From NCBI GenBank assembly GCA_002084505.1, contig NBLK01000008.1, positions 1 through 33,100 of the forward strand: DNA of 33,100 nucleotides, given 5' to 3'. The notes below the pieces were generated by a model that was not told the DNA's origin, searched no databases, and was given only the letters and a program-made list of their open reading frames with translations. The position numbers and the translations under genes were made by a program. Source of the stretch: Rickettsiaceae bacterium 4572_127. GTDB taxonomy: Bacteria > Pseudomonadota > Alphaproteobacteria > Rs-D84 > NBLK01. Numbering within the stretch: position 1 is the stretch's first letter; each line of letters starts with the position of its first letter. Below are positions 32,315-33,100 of the stretch, one piece after another.

Positions 32315-33009
32315 TTATTTTACAGCATCTTCTATTTTATTTTTTCTATATTCTTTTATTTTTTTACCTATTAATGGAATTTTAGCACTACCCATTTCTA
32401 ACATTATTTTCTTCATTTGAGCCATTTGCTGTTGAAGCTCTTTATTTTTTTGTGTTAATAATTCGTCTTTATTTTTCAATTTTTTGTTTTCTTCAATTAA
32501 TCTTATGCTATCTTTTTTTTGTGTTTTATTTTTTTGATCTTTTTCATGTTTTTGTATAAATGGATAAAAATCACAGTATAATTTTAAATTACCGGCATCT
32601 AAAAAGTGATTAATAGCCTTATCAACGACATAAATGTCGTAACTAGTTTCAAAAATATCAATCTTTGGTGTCTTTACCTCCGAATCGCCCCTTGCACTAT
32701 TAATAAAATTATAATAATTCTTTTTTAATTTTTCTTTAATATCAGAAATATTTTTTTCTTTTAGGATTTCTTCTAAACAGTAAAACTTGCTAATAGTAGC
32801 TCTATCATTATCGTTTTCTATAAAAAGGGATTTCTTAATAAACTGTTCAACATCTTTATCGCTTGCTTTTTTTATTAATTCATTTTCTATATTTGTATAT
32901 TTTTTTTGATTTTCAGAAACAAACCTTTCTATATCAATAATAACTTCATTTAAGTTTCTTTTTTCTTTATCGTTTGAAAAAGTAAGAATTTTTTTAGGCT
33001 ATGTTCCAT
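32315..33009 (-). pseudogene. Frameshift-interrupted (or recoded/phase-variable) gene: ATG plus 6 codons, an A7 run, then a 227-codon open frame; unknown function
   Basis: Hand check of every triplet from 32318 to 32998 on the minus strand found no stop. The frame begins right after a TAG (32999-33001). It has no ATG/GTG/TTG until about 58 codons before its end, so it is absent from the ORF track. ATG 33009-33007 lies in the +1 frame relative to the long frame. The two frames meet at A_AAA_AAA (32995-32989). Confidence 0.55.
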
Positions 33010-33100
33010 TAAACGAGTGATTTTCCTTGACGCGATAATTAAATGATGTTATAATTCAAGTATATAAAGCAAAGGATACTTGAAATGAACATAACAAAAT

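Noticed and set aside
33086-33100. Possible start of a plus-strand gene (ATGAACATAACAAAAT) at the right edge
   Set aside because: Only five codons are visible, which is too little to support a feature.

Overview
Strongly AT-rich, gene-dense window. It looks alphaproteobacterial: a full-length CcrM orthologue including its C-terminal domain, IHF-beta, and a Ctc-type L25. The genome appears heavily rearranged and host-associated (Rickettsiales/Holosporales-like); this is inference, and no database search was possible. Housekeeping genes present: a partial M29 aminopeptidase, glyA (with an internal in-frame deletion), accA, accD, ihfB, rplY, dnaX, lemA, cdsA, rseP, ybaB, infC (ATT start), sufB, dnaN, rpoZ, rsmG and ccrM. 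Classical operons are broken: dnaX is separated from ybaB, recR is absent, infC lacks rpmI-rplT, sufB lacks sufCD, and cdsA-rseP lacks dxr. Selfish or accessory modules sit in the gaps, joined to housekeeping genes with overlapping or abutting stop/start codons. These are two type II R-M systems (one predicted GATC-specific, inside ihfB-accD-...-accA), a HEPN/MNT pair, a Phd antitoxin with a truncated ParE-like toxin, an orphan type IVb pilus subset (TcpQ/PilL-like, PilN-like secretin, PilR/GspF-like platform), a wHTH regulator plus RusA-like nuclease pair bracketed by a 22-bp palindrome, and DinD. Intergenic DNA is a mosaic of at least five repeat families of GC-rich hairpin modules. These include a MITE-like element that carries an outward promoter and a mirror-symmetric 660-bp mosaic. 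The most interesting items: (1) a ~175-bp inverted duplication of the dnaX promoter and 5' end, which now drives ybaB and brackets 8.5 kb; (2) a 667-aa secreted protein with an ARSG-repeat region and a Cys-rich region, next to an orphan PapD-like chaperone; (3) a 227-codon ORF missing from the ORF track because an in-phase A_AAA_AAA run separates it from its ATG; (4) an identical TGTGATATACT box 6-7 nt upstream of two start codons, which predicts leaderless mRNAs. No rRNA, tRNA or CRISPR was found.
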